Source: Takakia lepidozioides
Lineage: Eukaryota; Plantae; Bryophyta
DNA length: 64,000 nucleotides
NCBI GenBank assembly: GCA_030704615.1
Contig: CM060733.1
Coordinates: forward strand, 67,022,001-67,086,000
Reading direction: 5' to 3'
The stretch's first letter is position 1. Each line of letters opens with the position of its first letter. The notes beneath the pieces were generated by a model. That model ran no database searches and was not told the origin of the DNA. It saw only the letters and a list, made by a program, of their open reading frames with translations. Made by a program: the position numbers and the translations under genes. Positions 48,672 through 62,360 of the stretch are shown in pieces.

Positions 48672-50734
48672 AAAAGAAGGGCATAAATCCCTTCTGTCTA
48701 ATTCTAATCTAGTTCTTAGTGAAAGGTAAGCTTGCTAGCCTAAGACACAAGCCCTTAATCAGTGGATCTACACCATTCATGATCAGAGGCCAGATGCCCT
48801 CATCCACGCCACAGTGGAAGAGAAGACATGGATGGGACTGGGAAGTTTCTCCCTTTCATGACTTGGTACATCTAAGTAGGGTTTGCGTGCACCAATAAGG
48901 TTGGTGTGATGATTTCAGTCTTACAAACAGATCACTATCAAGGTGAACACACAGCCTATGAAGTGATTCCCTTTAAGCTGTACTTGCTGAACTTCCTCCA
49001 GAATGATAGCACTATGATGTGAGAAGGCAACATGGATATACCACAATGTACAGACATAGGTAAATCCTGCCTCTCATGGTTTTTCTTTTATCTCACAAGT
49101 GACCCTCCCTTCATTCTTCCTTTTTACCCAAACAAAGACCCTCTTCTTTCTGATGCTTGCTGAAGCAATCAGTTTGTCAGGCAGTGGATACAAAACGCCC
49201 CTTAACTGTATCTATATTCTTCCAAGCACCACATCTGCATTCAGCCTTTAAGCAACAAATTTCCAAAGCTGAGCCCTCTCATTCTAACTATCAAAATGCA
49301 AGGACAGTATCAGTCATGCAACCTTTAAGTGATGAGGAGAGCCTCTATCAACATTCCAAGAGACACAATCATCATCTGCCATTCTCTCTACACCTCCCTG
49401 GTTTGAAGTCCATACCACCACTCCATTCCATTTTTCAAAATGTTCTCATCTCATTTATACTAACTCCAAAGCCAAGAAGAAGAAGACCCTTCGCACTTAA
49501 CTGATACATACCCCTGTTCAAGCGGTGGGTTCCATGCTCGAGCTGGCACCTCACCCTCTCTGTCATCATCCGCCTTAATGCTTGTTGTTACTTGCATCCC
49601 CCGGCGCTTCTCCAAAATGAAGATGTCGTATACTAAATTCTTCATTGTTGCAGCACCCAGTCTACATTAATTCCTAATCTTAAAAGTTCTTCAAGGCCTG
49701 ACAGTTCTGCTCTCTCCCGGCAGCCCCCTTACCATCTTGCCAGACAACTCTTGTTTTTCCCCTCATTACTGCTATCTTACCCTAAGATGAGATCTCCAAC
49801 TTTGACAACAAGCTACTGTGGCCACAGCCCTTATGCATATTTATAGTCGTTCCCCCCACAACTCTTATCATCTCTCAGCAGGCCTAAATCTTTATCCCTT
49901 CAAGGCCTTCCTTTCTGTCAACAGCACATAGTGTCAAAGTGCTCATTCCACCGCAGGCCTATCCTCCAGCGATCCCCACTCTTCAAAGCAGCTAAGTGAT
50001 GATGGCACCGCCTCCCTTCATCTGGCACGAGCACATTTTACCAAGCTCTGTCCTTGCACGCTTATCCTCCAGCGAGTCTAAATTTGCAATTCATCAAAGA
50101 AATGACGGCACGGCTTCTTCCTTCTAGCAGCTGCACAAGTTACAACGTTGCCTCCCCTTTGTCTCCCCTTCATTACTACTATCTTAATTATGCTTCATGG
50201 CAAATCAAGACAAACAGAATGTGCTTAAGTCACCTTCTACACACTGCCCCTGCTCATTCCCTTGCCCGCAGCACTCTCAGGCCTCCCCGATATTGCATCC
50301 TCGATGACAATGAAACACATCCATCTAACGAGAGAAATTTGTTTATCCAATGAATGAAAAACCCACTAGGCACGACTCAACCCCTATCACACTGGTACTG
50401 GCCCCTCTCTTGAATACAAACAACTCAGTGAGCAACAGTAAAATTTAAAATTGCCCCTACTGCATTCACACTACACTACCTTGGCGAGAGCCACCCTTTG
50501 TCTCCCCTTTGCGCCTTGATCATTGCCCCTCCTGTCACTTTCAATGTCAGATCTGCCCGGAAATTCAAAGACCTCTAGAGTTGAGCGTCTTTCCTCCGCA
50601 CCTCCGTGTTGTGACGAAGAGAAAAAACTGGGAATTAGAGACCCTCCCTTTGCTTCCCTTGAATCACAAAGTCTATTGGTCATCTCCTTCCGCAGATTGC
50701 CTCCATCAACCTCTGTCGCAGTGTACAGCTGTTG

Positions 50735-50890
50735 TGGCTGAATGCAAGTTAGCACAAAATCATACTCCCCAGGCTTCCCGATCGTCTGCAAATGGTGGCA
50801 CATGCCATCAATCATTGCATTAGCAGCGGCGAACTCCCCCCGAAGCCATGAAATGAAGGCATCTCGCTCATCTGGAATCCAATGTCTCGA
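50735..50890 (-). pseudogene. ALKBH10-like (plant AlkB family) N-terminal fragment
   Basis: WIPDERDAFISWLRGEFAAANAMIDGMCHHLQTIGKPGEYDFVLTCIQ; no 2OG-Fe domain follows. Confidence 0.75.
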
Positions 50891-52229
50891 TTTGAAAATC
50901 CCGCTACGCAGTAGGCATAAGAACACCTCTATTGTCGACTTGACATATGTTTTACTTGCCGTAGCTACCTCATACTGTGTTTGGCATTTTATTGCGTACA
51001 TCTCCGAAAGCCATATCCGCCCTTGATGAGGAGCAGGAAGCTACCCTGTTTGCTACACACCCAGAGTGGGAGCGGGTTGCAGAAATGCTGCGCTGCTGCT
51101 GCTACGTTGTTCAACCAACATCCAATCGAAATTTGTTGTGGCTCGGTCAAAGGTTCAAAAAGACAGCTGCGGACAGTGTGAAGGCCGCGAAAGCCCATGC
51201 TGTTTATGTGAGGAATCGCCACACACTACTGAAATGACGTTCATTTCGCAGATCTGTAGATCCCATAGAAAAGCAGGGTTTCCACAACGTTATCAATAAA
51301 GATACGCGCGCTACTTGGTCTTGGGACAAAAATGAAAATCGAGATGCAACGTTGGTCAAAGACAATGCTAGTGTCCCCTCAACCTGCACTGCTAATATCT
51401 CTGCAATCACTGCGATGCCACGATCTCCATCCGCCGCCAGTTCATACCTCCGAAATACAAAAATGAATCATATCAAGCTATTTCAGAACGTAATCCTTAA
51501 TGCAGCCACTCAAGAAGACCAGAATTCTCACCAAAACACCTAGTTTCATGTCGCTCCATAGGACATCTGAATGTCTATTCGTGTTTCAAGCAGACACGGG
51601 CATCAAACACCAGATCGCACCTACATGAGCTGCTACAATCAATCCTCAACCTGCGCTACTGGCAAACAAGTATGCAGAAATAGGAAACAAACCTATTAAC
51701 AATGACGGTACAGGTGTGAAGCGCTCTGGTGAGCTTAATTGCGAAGGCCTAGTGCAGCAGCAGTGCAGACGATGATGGTGAGTCAGCAACAAGGGGGAAA
51801 CAGACAGACAGCCAACCAGCCAGACAGACAGTAGTACTCATGAAAAGGGTGCCTCATATTTGGTGTTGATTTTAGTAGTAGGTACTTATCAAATGCGTGT
51901 GCTATGGAACAACCCCGTGAGAATGGATGTACGAGAGCTCATCGCATTCAAAAATCATCCATATCTCATCGCTGCAATTCGTATGATGAATGAAAAGAGG
52001 TGGTCATGGATGACAAAAGGACATAGAGATGAAATATGTTTCATCCATAGACTTGATTTCATTTAAAGGCACAGTTCCGAGAACATAAGGGTTCAAGAAT
52101 GGGATTGTCAATAACTTCTCATCCTTCATTTCTCTTGTCTCTTAAGTTCTTTGCTCATCCAGTTGCTTATTTTTAGAAATTCGACAATTTGACTAGAGCC
52201 CTAATTTGGTACTGAATGTACACGATCAT

Positions 52230-52615
52230 TGTCAATGAACCATATCGCATGGATTCCGCACGACTATTTGTCACAAAGCTAAGGAATGTTGAAAATACAC
52301 GGAATCATTGCAAGGCTCTAATGTGATACCAAATTGATATTAAATCTGCATTGGTGCAATTCGTGCGTATTCCATACTCTGTCTGCCTTCCATCTCTAAC
52401 GTGCGATTGTCGCACGGATTTCGTCTCATACGGATTCCGTGTGTAATTAATATCATTGCGTCAAACATTACAATAACACGGCTTTCGCATTACAGTGATG
52501 GATGTCACTTCCGTGCCATAAAGATACGTCCAAACCCACGGATGTAGTACGAATACATTGTATGGCGAAATCTGCACGGATTTTGTTAAAAATCCGTGAC
52601 TCGGGATCTTTGAGA
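52230..52615 (-). mobile_element. Second copy of the CACGGA-rich element terminus
   Basis: Shares the terminal ~28 bp with 21409-21436. Confidence 0.45.
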
Positions 52616-52617
52616 TT

Positions 52618-52816
52618 TGGATGCATAGGGGATTGTACTTGGACTTAGATGACATTGGACACTGGAGCTCGCACTTGGGCCTCTACATGGGAGAAGCACT
52701 TAGATACATAGGAGATTACACTTGGCTTATATTTCAATTCTTCACACATGGGCAAAAGGCACAGGCTATCCTAGGCCTAGATCTCCCAAACACGAGGGTC
52801 TCTGGATACATAAGGG
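52618..52816 (+). mobile_element. Fragment of the Helitron-like family at 21438-25753, opposite orientation
   Basis: Reverse-complement match to the array units, including ggcacaggctatcCTAG. Confidence 0.75.
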
Positions 52817-55800
52817 CACTACAAGATTTTTTTTTTTTTAAATGGGGGGGTAACGAGCCCTGAGCGCGCGCGGTCAGGGTGACGGCATATTAGTCTAGGG
52901 GGGCCGTGGTAAGTTTCGGTGTAGGTTGGGCTCACTGAACCGCATACCCAACTGCGGTTAGTGCAGGGGGTCCGTGGGCATACATGGTGGCTATGATCAC
53001 TATCTAAGTCCTACCGGCAAAGAGAAATCACGTACTCCTCTTCACAGGGCGAGTTTGCGTTTCTAAGTGCTACGGTATCCTACAATCTACTTAGTAACTG
53101 CCTTCCAAGTCTTTGTGTTTTATTGTCTAATTCCTACCGCCTCCCCCGAGCCGCCTACAGCCGGGACATGTTTTAATCCCTTCACAAAGCACCTGCCGAG
53201 CCTAGGAAGAAGAGAGAAAATCTTCCTCTTCCAATGCCCCTCCTTCACCGAGTGCTTAAGTTCAAGTCATCTCTGATGGAAGGGCCAACGCTTCCTACCC
53301 CAGTGCCTAAAATACTTTGTCTTAGCAAAGGAGTGGCCAAAATACTTATCATAATTCAATAGGTTCACCAAGTTCAATAAGGTGGTTCTAAGCCCCTCAA
53401 CTCAATAAGTTCAATCAGTTTAATCAACGCCCTTCAGGCTATAACGTGCACCACGTGCATTTATCATATTTAAGTAATTTTATAAATTAGAAATGCTGGA
53501 AAATAAAATAGATCAAGAAAATCAGGAAAAATAGCTCCCTATGGGAAATCATGTGGGGAATCCAAAGATACCCTTGGCGCCTAAAGATGCCCTTGGGACC
53601 CTGTGGGAACCCAATGAGAACCGAGGAACATTCGGGAATCGTTCCCTGTCGCGGGGATCTACCGCGGCCCTATCGGATGAATGAATCTCGCTGAGAGCTC
53701 ATCCCTGCCACTACATTGGTTAGTCCAGAACATGCATGCGTAAATAATAAAATAACCACTGGTAGATCCAAGCCAGATTTCACCCCTTTACATTATTTTA
53801 AGGCGCTTGTGCGCTTTCCCTCCGTGGAAAAAGTCATCCTCTACCTTGGGCTCTGACACAAAGGCGCAATGTAGCCGAGTTTTTAGGACAGAGTACTTTC
53901 TCTCCTCCCTTGTCTCTCGAGGTCTCCGCCTCTAGCTCATTGCTCATATGCCCGCTTGGCTCTCAGTCATAAGAACGCTCCCCTCCAAGGCTATGTCCTC
54001 CCAAAATCCTAGAATTTATCTACCATTGGCGCCTTAGATAATGACTCATAACCCTTAGAGGGGTATAAATTGAATCTAATAGCTAAAGGTAAGAATACCC
54101 CCCCTTTAAGGGAATTTGCAGACGCATTGTCCGCTGGGTAAAATGCCCCTGCCACGTGGCGGGGCGCAGATCCGCGCGTAGCGGTCCAAGCCGTGGACCG
54201 CTGCGGTTAATGCTGGCGTCCGCCGGTCCGTCTCAGCTTTTGGTTATCCTGCGGGTAAAGACCCGCACCTTGCTCGCACGCTTCAGGGCCTCACGCCTGA
54301 GCCACGCGGCTGATGTATTTGATCTCAGTACGACTTAAGGTCAGTGCTGGGGCCCTGCTCCCCGTACGTCGTGGCTGGGCCACGGCTGCCTCCACGCTTT
54401 TAGTAATCAAGTGCCTACTCTCTAGGCGCAGCACCCGAGCTCCTCCTGGGCTGCTCGCGACCTTGGGGCAGCTGCTGTCCAACGAAATTAGCCCGCCCAA
54501 ACCCCAAGACAAAAAAAATACAACCCACCCTCCCCTAGGCCTTCATGGCTTGCTAATGGGGGGGGGGGAATTAGCACATAGTGGCCTTATAGTGGCCTTA
54601 TATCATAGATCTAGCCTACTGACCTGCCTTTGCCAGAGCTGACTATATTTCAAATTAGTAATCAAACACAAAGATTCTTTCTTCAAACAATTCAATACAA
54701 GCCTCTATTGGTATCATTTCCAATAGGCTATGGGGTTCTTCCCCTTGTCAATTCTAGACATGAAATAGTGGGATTCCACAATACACTCTCCTCTTTTGAA
54801 GAGCCTAAATCAGATTTTCAACTTCAAGCTTTGCTTGGAAAATAAATGAATCACATACATAAATGGTGAAATGGTAATATGAGATCAACCTTTCTATGCG
54901 AGAGTGCTTGGGATGCTCTATCGACTCAAGTAATGGTACTCTATGCGGCCTCCACTTGGGCTCTTGTCCATAAGTCCACACCAACCCCTCCTACTCGTCC
55001 TCAAGTCACTTTCCTCTACGTGAAATTGCCCTCTTCTTTCACAAATGAAATGGCTCAAAGGCCCACAAGCTAGGCCACTTGCCTTAGCTCACAAGAATTC
55101 TACCTAACTATGAAGCTTCAAGCTCCACTCCCTAGGATCTAGCCTCCTCAAGCCTCAAACTAACAACATTACAACAACAAGAGGAAACTAGGCAAGAGAA
55201 AGAACTAGATGAAGAACAAGAGAAGCTTTGCCCTTCTTTTATACTGTTTTTGAGTCTAATAAACTAATGGAAATATTCATTAAACTATTGTTTCCTTGGA
55301 GGATCTATAATATAATATTTAACATGGATGAAAAGTCTTGGAGGCAAATGAAAGCTGGCTTTTCATCCATCCAACTGGATGACTAGTTGGCGCGAGTTGT
55401 CATTTCATCCATCCAGCTCCTCAAGGCGAATTCCAGGATTTTTCATCCATCCAAGAAGTAGAAATGCAAATAATAGGCCCTGCCGTCGACTCAATAATTT
55501 GGCTCCGCTGCTAATCAGCTCCATAAATCACCAAACTTGGTGACAAACTACAATTATATACCCCGTATCAGCCTGTAAATTCTCAGCTCCATCGGTGGTA
55601 AAAAGTTGCACTTCTCGCCATTCGTCGTATTTTCACTACACACAAATTTTGTGGTATTTTTGGAAATCAAATCCCTGGTGATGGGGTCTTTGACCCTGCC
55701 ACTGAGTCATAGGTTGTCCAGAGTCCCCTCCATTGTCCCGCACCGCTAACAAGTCCACGCTTTGCCGTTTGAAGTCGTCCTGACCTACTGTCATTCCGAT

Positions 55801-57855
55801 GCGGCCAATTGCTTTGTTACGATATTTCATCGTTGTACATGTCGCTTCCACCAATTGCTAAGCTCCTCGCCGTGTGTTCCTACTGGACTTGAAAGGCGGG
55901 AGAAAAGAGAGATCGCAATCTGGGACTGCAACAGTCGTCCTGTATTGTTTGAACATGATTAACTTGCCGTTTCTGGTACCGAATTGGCAGTCTAATCTGC
56001 TGTCGATGCAGCTTCCTACGGTCAACTTGACACCAGAGTTCCACTCCATGGTCGTCGCAGACACTGTCTAATTTCCTACGTGCTTTACCAACGATTTCCA
56101 GACAACTAACAAACTAACATATTTTGACAGTACAATGCCGAAACCACTTGTCTTATGATAAAAAATGATCTGAAAATAAAAATGTACCAATATATGCATC
56201 TACATATATGGCGACCAATGGGGAACACTCGTCCCGAGTGTAAGAGAATCCAGGATCTCTGGTTTGTAAAATCCCCCTACTAGGGTATCCCTGATATCCT
56301 TTGGAGTCAACGACTCCCTTGAGTAAAGATAAGAATAATTCCCCTCAGGCTCTTCATCCTCGGAGAGAGTTCGAGTCTTTCGGGAGAGAGGAGGAAATAA
56401 AAGCAAAAGCCAAAAAATGTTTCAAAACCACCCAGCTCGTCCTCTTTGGAGAGAGTTGGAGTTCCCAGATAAAAAATTCTTCAAAACCGCCACTCTCCCC
56501 CATCGGACTGGGTTCGAATCCCCTAGATGATGTAAGAGAGATATGCGCGGTGTAAATTGATGATTCTACTCTAAAATAGCCTTGGAAGGACTTTGGTTCT
56601 ACCTTACTTGACATGGCTTACAGGGACCTCTCATGGATGTGCACAGCTCATTGTAACATGCTGGGGCCTCGACTCGAGCTCGGACGGGCCTAAATGCTCA
56701 TAAACATGATGCTTCTGGGAGTCCTAATTCTTGGCTCCCATAACAACAGAAAAGATTGGATACTCGAGGACCCTACCCATGAAATAGACGCACCATTTCT
56801 AACTACAATCTAACTTGGTTCATGACTCGCAGGGACCTCTCATGGATTTCGCAGAGCTCATGATGAAATTCTTGACCTAAGAAACGATTGGATCCATTAT
56901 GAACCTCAGAGGACCATACTCTGGAACAACGTATCATTCTATCTGAAGAGGTCACAGGCCCTTCTGGGTTTTCCTGTGCCTGACGCCCTTCACTCTTGTG
57001 AGGGAAGCAACAACCACTGCTCTACAACTCACCTTTTATCCCCTCACTGCTTCTGACTTTTCTCTCTCTACGAAGAATGCTGCAGCGGGGTAAGGTGAAA
57101 ATGACAAAAGGTTTAAGGTTAGAATCCCTGTGCGGAAAGTCGTTGTGCTCCATGCAGGGAGCATCAGTATACTGCAGAATGCTTGATACAACAAGCATTT
57201 ACTTCTTCTCGAGATATGCTTGAGCAGACACAGATTTACTCTGTGATAAAAAAAACAAATGATGATCGACAATGTGCATTGAACAAGAGTGCATATATTA
57301 GCCAACCCATTGTTCCCATTCCTGCACCTGTGGTTCTTCACTTGGTGAAGAAGAAAAGAAACTCACAACACGTGATTAGTAACGACAATGTATGAAGTCT
57401 TCTACTTGGCAATTGGATGGTCATAGCTTTCATAGCTTATGCCATTTGAAACAAATTCTAATTCTACAAGGTGGGTTAGATTACTGCACTCTATGTGCCC
57501 CGCATCCCAAGGTTTCTCCTTGTGGATTCCAATAACTACCCGAAAATTCACTCTGGAGAACAAACCACCTCTTTAATGCAACTGCGTTGCCCCACATCCC
57601 AAGATCCACCCTTGGAACTCCAAGAAAGAGTGTCAATAACCTACTTGGGTAAAAGCCCTACTGACTTCTTCCCATTGGAGAAGTTTCATTGGATTATTGC
57701 AACTTAGTTGCCCCGCACTCCACCTCATTGTGGAGCTCCAATAACCAATGAGTCAATGGGTAGGAAATACCAACATTTCCTTCCAACAAACCGGGACGAA
57801 ATCCTAAAGATCTCTCCCTTAGTGGGGGGAAATATAGTTCATTGGTTAATGGAAC

Positions 57856-58797
57856 TCACATGTAGTAGTGCTTGCACCGGACACCGTTCACCAGATTGGG
57901 GAACTTCATTCCCCTTAGTGTCTCTAGTTGTAATGAGCCGTTGTCAAAGACTGTCTTGACGAGATAAGGGCCCATCCAGTATGAGTCGAACTTGGTTTTG
58001 AACTCCTCGTTCCGACTGTCGAATAATAGTACAAGATCTCCTGGATCGAAGATTCTATTTTTGTGCTTAGCATCGAAGCGAGCCTTCCTTCGTCGTTGCG
58101 CTGCCTCGATGTGCTGAGCTGCTGCTTGCCGGAGTTCATCCAGTCCTTCCAACATCTCGAGTCGTTCCTTTAATGACTCAGATGTCGCCAACCGTTCGGT
58201 AATGGCCAATCGTAGAGATGGGATTTCTGTCTCGATTGGCATGATGGACTCTACCCCATAAACCAATGAAAAGAGGGTATGTTGAGTAGTTACCTTATGG
58301 GTCATGCGAAATGCCCACGAGGCCGAAATTACTTGGTGTCCCAATCCCTCTTGTGCTCCCTGATTGTCTTGGAGAGAATGTTGCACAGGGTTTGGTTGGC
58401 ACGCTCCACCTGCCCACTTGTTTGTGGATGATAAGGGGTCGTCTTTCGATGTTTGATGGAGAATGTCACCACCTCTGTCACTCACTATCTCTTTTGGGCA
58501 TCTGAATCGGGAAATGATATATTAACTTGTGCGTTGGCCCTCTTAACCGCTTTGGCTTCTGCCCACTTGGTCAGATACTCAGTGGCTACAATGATGTAGC
58601 GATTTTGTCGACTCGATGCAAGGTGCACTTCCCCTACATAGTCAATCCCCCACTTCTCAAATGGAGCAAGGGGGAGAGTGGGAACTAACGACATTCCGAG
58701 CCTGTTATCCCGCTTGGCGAACCTCTGACAAGAGTCGCATTTTTGCACCTGCATGTGTGCATCTTTGAACATGGAGGGCCAATAGTATCCTGCCCAC
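57856..58797 (-). mobile_element. Ty3/gypsy (Athila/Tat-like) integrase, frameshifted
   Basis: YYWPSMFKDA..CDSCQR, PFEKWGIDYVG, IVSDRG, TPYHPQTSGQVERAN, WMGPY (GPY/F), VNG. Confidence 0.92.
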
Positions 58798-59260
58798 ATG
58801 ACAATTCAACCTAGGGAAAAAACCTTAGTGGTAAGCATGTGTGTGCAGGGGCTTGGGATTAAGGTGTCATCAACGCCATTTTAATTCCCAGCAAGTTTTC
58901 AAAAAATAATAAATAATTCCAATTTTTTTTGTTTTTTTTGTTTTTTTTTTGGCCCCCCAATGTGCCAGATTAAGGTGTCATCAACGACATCTTAATTCCC
59001 AGTACGAGTTGGCACATGACAATTCATGGAAAAACCAAAAAACCCCAAAAAAATTCACCCAAAAAATTTCAACCTAAAAAAATCTGATGGCGAACAGCCT
59101 TCGCGGTAAGGCGGTGTGTGTGCAGGTGCTGGGGATTAAGGTGTCGTCAACGACATCTTAATTCCCAGTACGAGTTGGCACATGACAATTCATGGAAAAA
59201 CCAAAAACCCCAAAAAAATTCACCCAAAAATTTTCAACCCAAAATAATCTGATGGCAAAA
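58795..59260. repeat. ~166-bp tandem repeat carrying a ~35-bp hairpin
   Basis: gggattaaggtgtcrtcaacgacatcttaattccc at ~58855, ~58968 and ~59133. Confidence 0.85.
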
Positions 59261-60934
59261 CAAGCCTTGGCGTTTATTTATAAAGCACGAGTTCACCTCT
59301 CTGGCTTCTTTAGATTTGGGTGTGAGCCTCTCTCTCAACCTTGGATACCTGGAAAAATGACCAGTAACCCCTCCTCAATCAACAAAACAATGTGGACTCA
59401 TTGTTGGCAATATACACTACACTTTCACAATTGATTTGAGCGACCATTTTTCGTGGCGAGGAGGCACCCATTGCACCTTATCCAATACAGGCTGCCGGGC
59501 ACAATCGTAGAAGGGACCGGGGCCAAATTTCAGGTGATGCGGAGGATGTTGACACTCCGGGATCGAGTTGGGCGCACCAAAGGTTACTGTAGATATGCTT
59601 GTGAGGATTACGGAATAGAGTGAGTGCCTAGGAGCACTGGGGTAGCAGTACCCTCTTTTCGCACTTGAGCAGGCAGCCCAGTTGGTGGGAATTTGTGGCT
59701 TGCCTGTGTAGGTTCCATGTCACAGACTGGAAACAGGTTCAAGGAAGTTTTCTGCCGAACTTCATGGCCCTGTGCACATGTTCATTTAAAAGTACTGGCA
59801 TCCTATAATTTCTAGTAGTACAGGAAAGTAGGTTGTTTCGGGATTTGTCTATTTTTTAAAATGTGCGAAGCTTTGGTGGTTATAGCGTGGTGCGAGAGGC
59901 CATGGCTACTCAGTTGCTCGTTGGTGTTGTCGCGGAGCAGTTCAAGGGCAGAAATGAGGTTCTCTGGATGGGTTGGTCAAACCCTCCCTGGTGGTGACTC
60001 TCACTGGTGGTTTTGCAAGAGGTCCAAGAGGCGAAGTCAGTAAGAGTTCTTCTGCACTTGTGGAGACATCAAAAGACTATGCAAGTCAGGACGACGGAAA
60101 GAGGCACTGCACGTTTCTTACCAACATGGTATCCAGCCAGACTCCAAGATCTAAATACATCTTCTTGGCCGTGCAGGGAGATTGGTCAAGGCAGAAGAAT
60201 TTATTAATGAAATGCTAGTTGAACTAGGTGCATTGGTGTGGGGGGCCGTGCTCATCTCTTGGCACTGGGCTGGGTGGACACACATGTAGCTCATTGCCAG
60301 TCACAGTGGAGGAAACAATTAGAATTTAGTGTGAGAGAAACGGAAAGGAAGTAACTTAAAAATGAGGGAGAGATAGAAAAAGAAGGGATCCGTGACCAGA
60401 TGTCTTGGCATGAGGGGTGCAGTCAGATCACATCCGGAGGCAGGTACAAGCCAAAGTTGTGTTCATCCAAGGCGAGACCACAATTCTCTACTCAGAGTAG
60501 TGTGAGTTGCATACTGATCTATCATATCATTTTGACCCTCTTAATTATTAACTATGATGGCCCAGAGGCCCCATACATCAGTTTGGAACGTTTCGAGTGG
60601 TGCAGCTGTTATCTTGCACTCTTACTTTTCGGGGTGCTATACAGACTGCTGCTGGCCAGATTCCCAAAGAGCTTGCACCTTATCTATGGACAACAGGTGG
60701 TGATGAGGTGGCCATTGTTGGGATTGCAGTTGGAGTGCTGGTGAGCAAGCTGGATGCTGGTTTGAAGGAGATGAATGCAATGCAACTCGATGAAAAGAAG
60801 TGCTTTCACCAGGAACATTTTCACCTTCAATCATTGCGGGTATCCTAATCTCTTGGTCGTCAGAGGTCCAGCTGCTAAAAAACAGCTCCATTCTGGCCAA
60901 GGAGAAGCTCGATTCATTGAAAAGGATCCATGAG

Positions 60935-61605
60935 CAAGAGGTAAGAGGTGCATGGCGACATCGTTAGAGCTGGAATCGTACCAGATGTGATCCTGAACAA
61001 TACCCTGGTGGACATGTATGCCAAATGTGGGAGCGTCGAGCATGCAAAGGGAGTGTTCGACAATATGGCGGAATGAGATGTGGTGTCGTGGAGTGCGATG
61101 CTCACAGGGTATGCACAGCAGGGGCCCGGGAGGAGGCTTTGGAGACGTATGAGCAAATGATGGGGGAAGGGGTGAAGCCCGACCACATCAGGTTTGTGCG
61201 TTTGCAGTGTGTGTGCAAGACTGGCAGCCCTGGAAAAGGGCAGAGGGTTTATGGTTGCATCGCCAAAGCTGGAATTCTACCAGATGTGGTTCTGAATAAT
61301 ACCCTCGTGGACATATATGCCAAATGTGGGTGCATCGAGGATGTGGAGGGAGTGTTCGACCATATGGCCAAACGAGTCTGGTAGGCTTGGACGTGCCAGA
61401 CAACTGGATGAGCAGTGGACCTGATTAATAAAATGCCATCAATCCAGATGTTGTGGTGTGGAAGGCCTTGCTTGGTGCCTGCAGAATCCATGGCAATGTA
61501 GAGATGGCTGAATGTGCGGCAACATCTATCCTCCCATTGGATGAACAGGATGCTGCGACTTATGTGTTGCTATCAAATATCTATGTTGCAGCTGCCAGGT
61601 GGGAT
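60935..61605 (+). pseudogene. PLS-class PPR-E pseudogene, paralog of 32094-33250
   Basis: EVHGDIVRAGIVPDVILNNTLVDMYAKCGSVEHA...E*DVVSW, WKALLGACRIHGNVEMAE, DAATYVLLSNIY; stop, frameshifts and an internal deletion. Confidence 0.9.
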
Positions 61606-62319
61606 CCATCTGAGCAGCAGAACGTTCTCTTTGCATTTTCCCAGTGCCTAACAACAAGATGTATGTCCCATCACATTTCACATGAGCTTGTTCTTCCTTG
61701 TACGACAATTTGACACTTATAATAGTTTAAATAGCTACCGGGACATTAAATTAAGAATCCAAACTATTTGAAATCTACATCAATTGCCCATATAAACAAA
61801 TGGTTAGAGGGGTTTGAAAGGAGGCAGGTCGCTGCTGTATTGAGGCATTTTTATCAAGACAATCATTTTTTTTATCAAGATAATAAAGTTAAATGTTGAG
61901 AAACTAAAGGATGGCCAACAGTGAGTACCTAAGTTGGTTAGTAAACTGAGTGCCACCCAGATGATTCTGGGGCAAAACATGCTACTTGAGGGGTGTGGTA
62001 TACTCTTCTACCCCTTCCATTGGGCGGTGCCCCATTTCTACGCCTTCATGGTGGGGTTACTGTGAAAGAGGTTATTTTCTCCTCGCTATCAAGGGGCCTG
62101 ATTTGTGAGATGTCGCTCCCAGGTGTTTCCCTTTAAATTTAAAAAAAATAAAATGATGAGCAACGGATAAACAACCGGATTTCGATCCTGATGAAACAAA
62201 TGCTTAACGAAGGGGAAAATACGGGTTCACCTCTACCTCATTTCTAGGGCATAGATAGAGGTAGCTACATCAAACAATGAAAATTGGAAACCCACCTTAT
62301 TTTGTGAAAATTGAACGGT

Positions 62320-62360
62320 AGAATTCGTCGCTAGTAGTGCGGAGCAACGCGAAGCCCTAG
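62320..62360 (+). mobile_element. Helitron-type 3' terminus
   Basis: tcgtcgctagtagtgcggagcaacgcgaagccCTAG|T. Confidence 0.6.

Larger units (their letters stand above)
45460..49663 (-). mobile_element. LTR retroelement 5' part: LTR, tRNA-Met PBS, gag and extended degenerate ORFs; no pol seen
   Basis: PBS TGGTATCAGAGC; gag IKQDDKEDVRKYFDRL...RRFVKGLKPEI; LTR homologs at 9838-10343 and 12112-12625; LTR 5' boundary not resolved. Confidence 0.8.

Noticed and set aside
52817-52830. CACTA transposon starting CACTACAAGA
   Set aside because: I found no matching TCTTGTAGTG end with a 3-bp TSD and no transposase in the window.
58855-59168. CRISPR-like palindromic repeats with spacers
   Set aside because: The spacers are long and partly repeated, there are no cas genes, and the context is eukaryotic.
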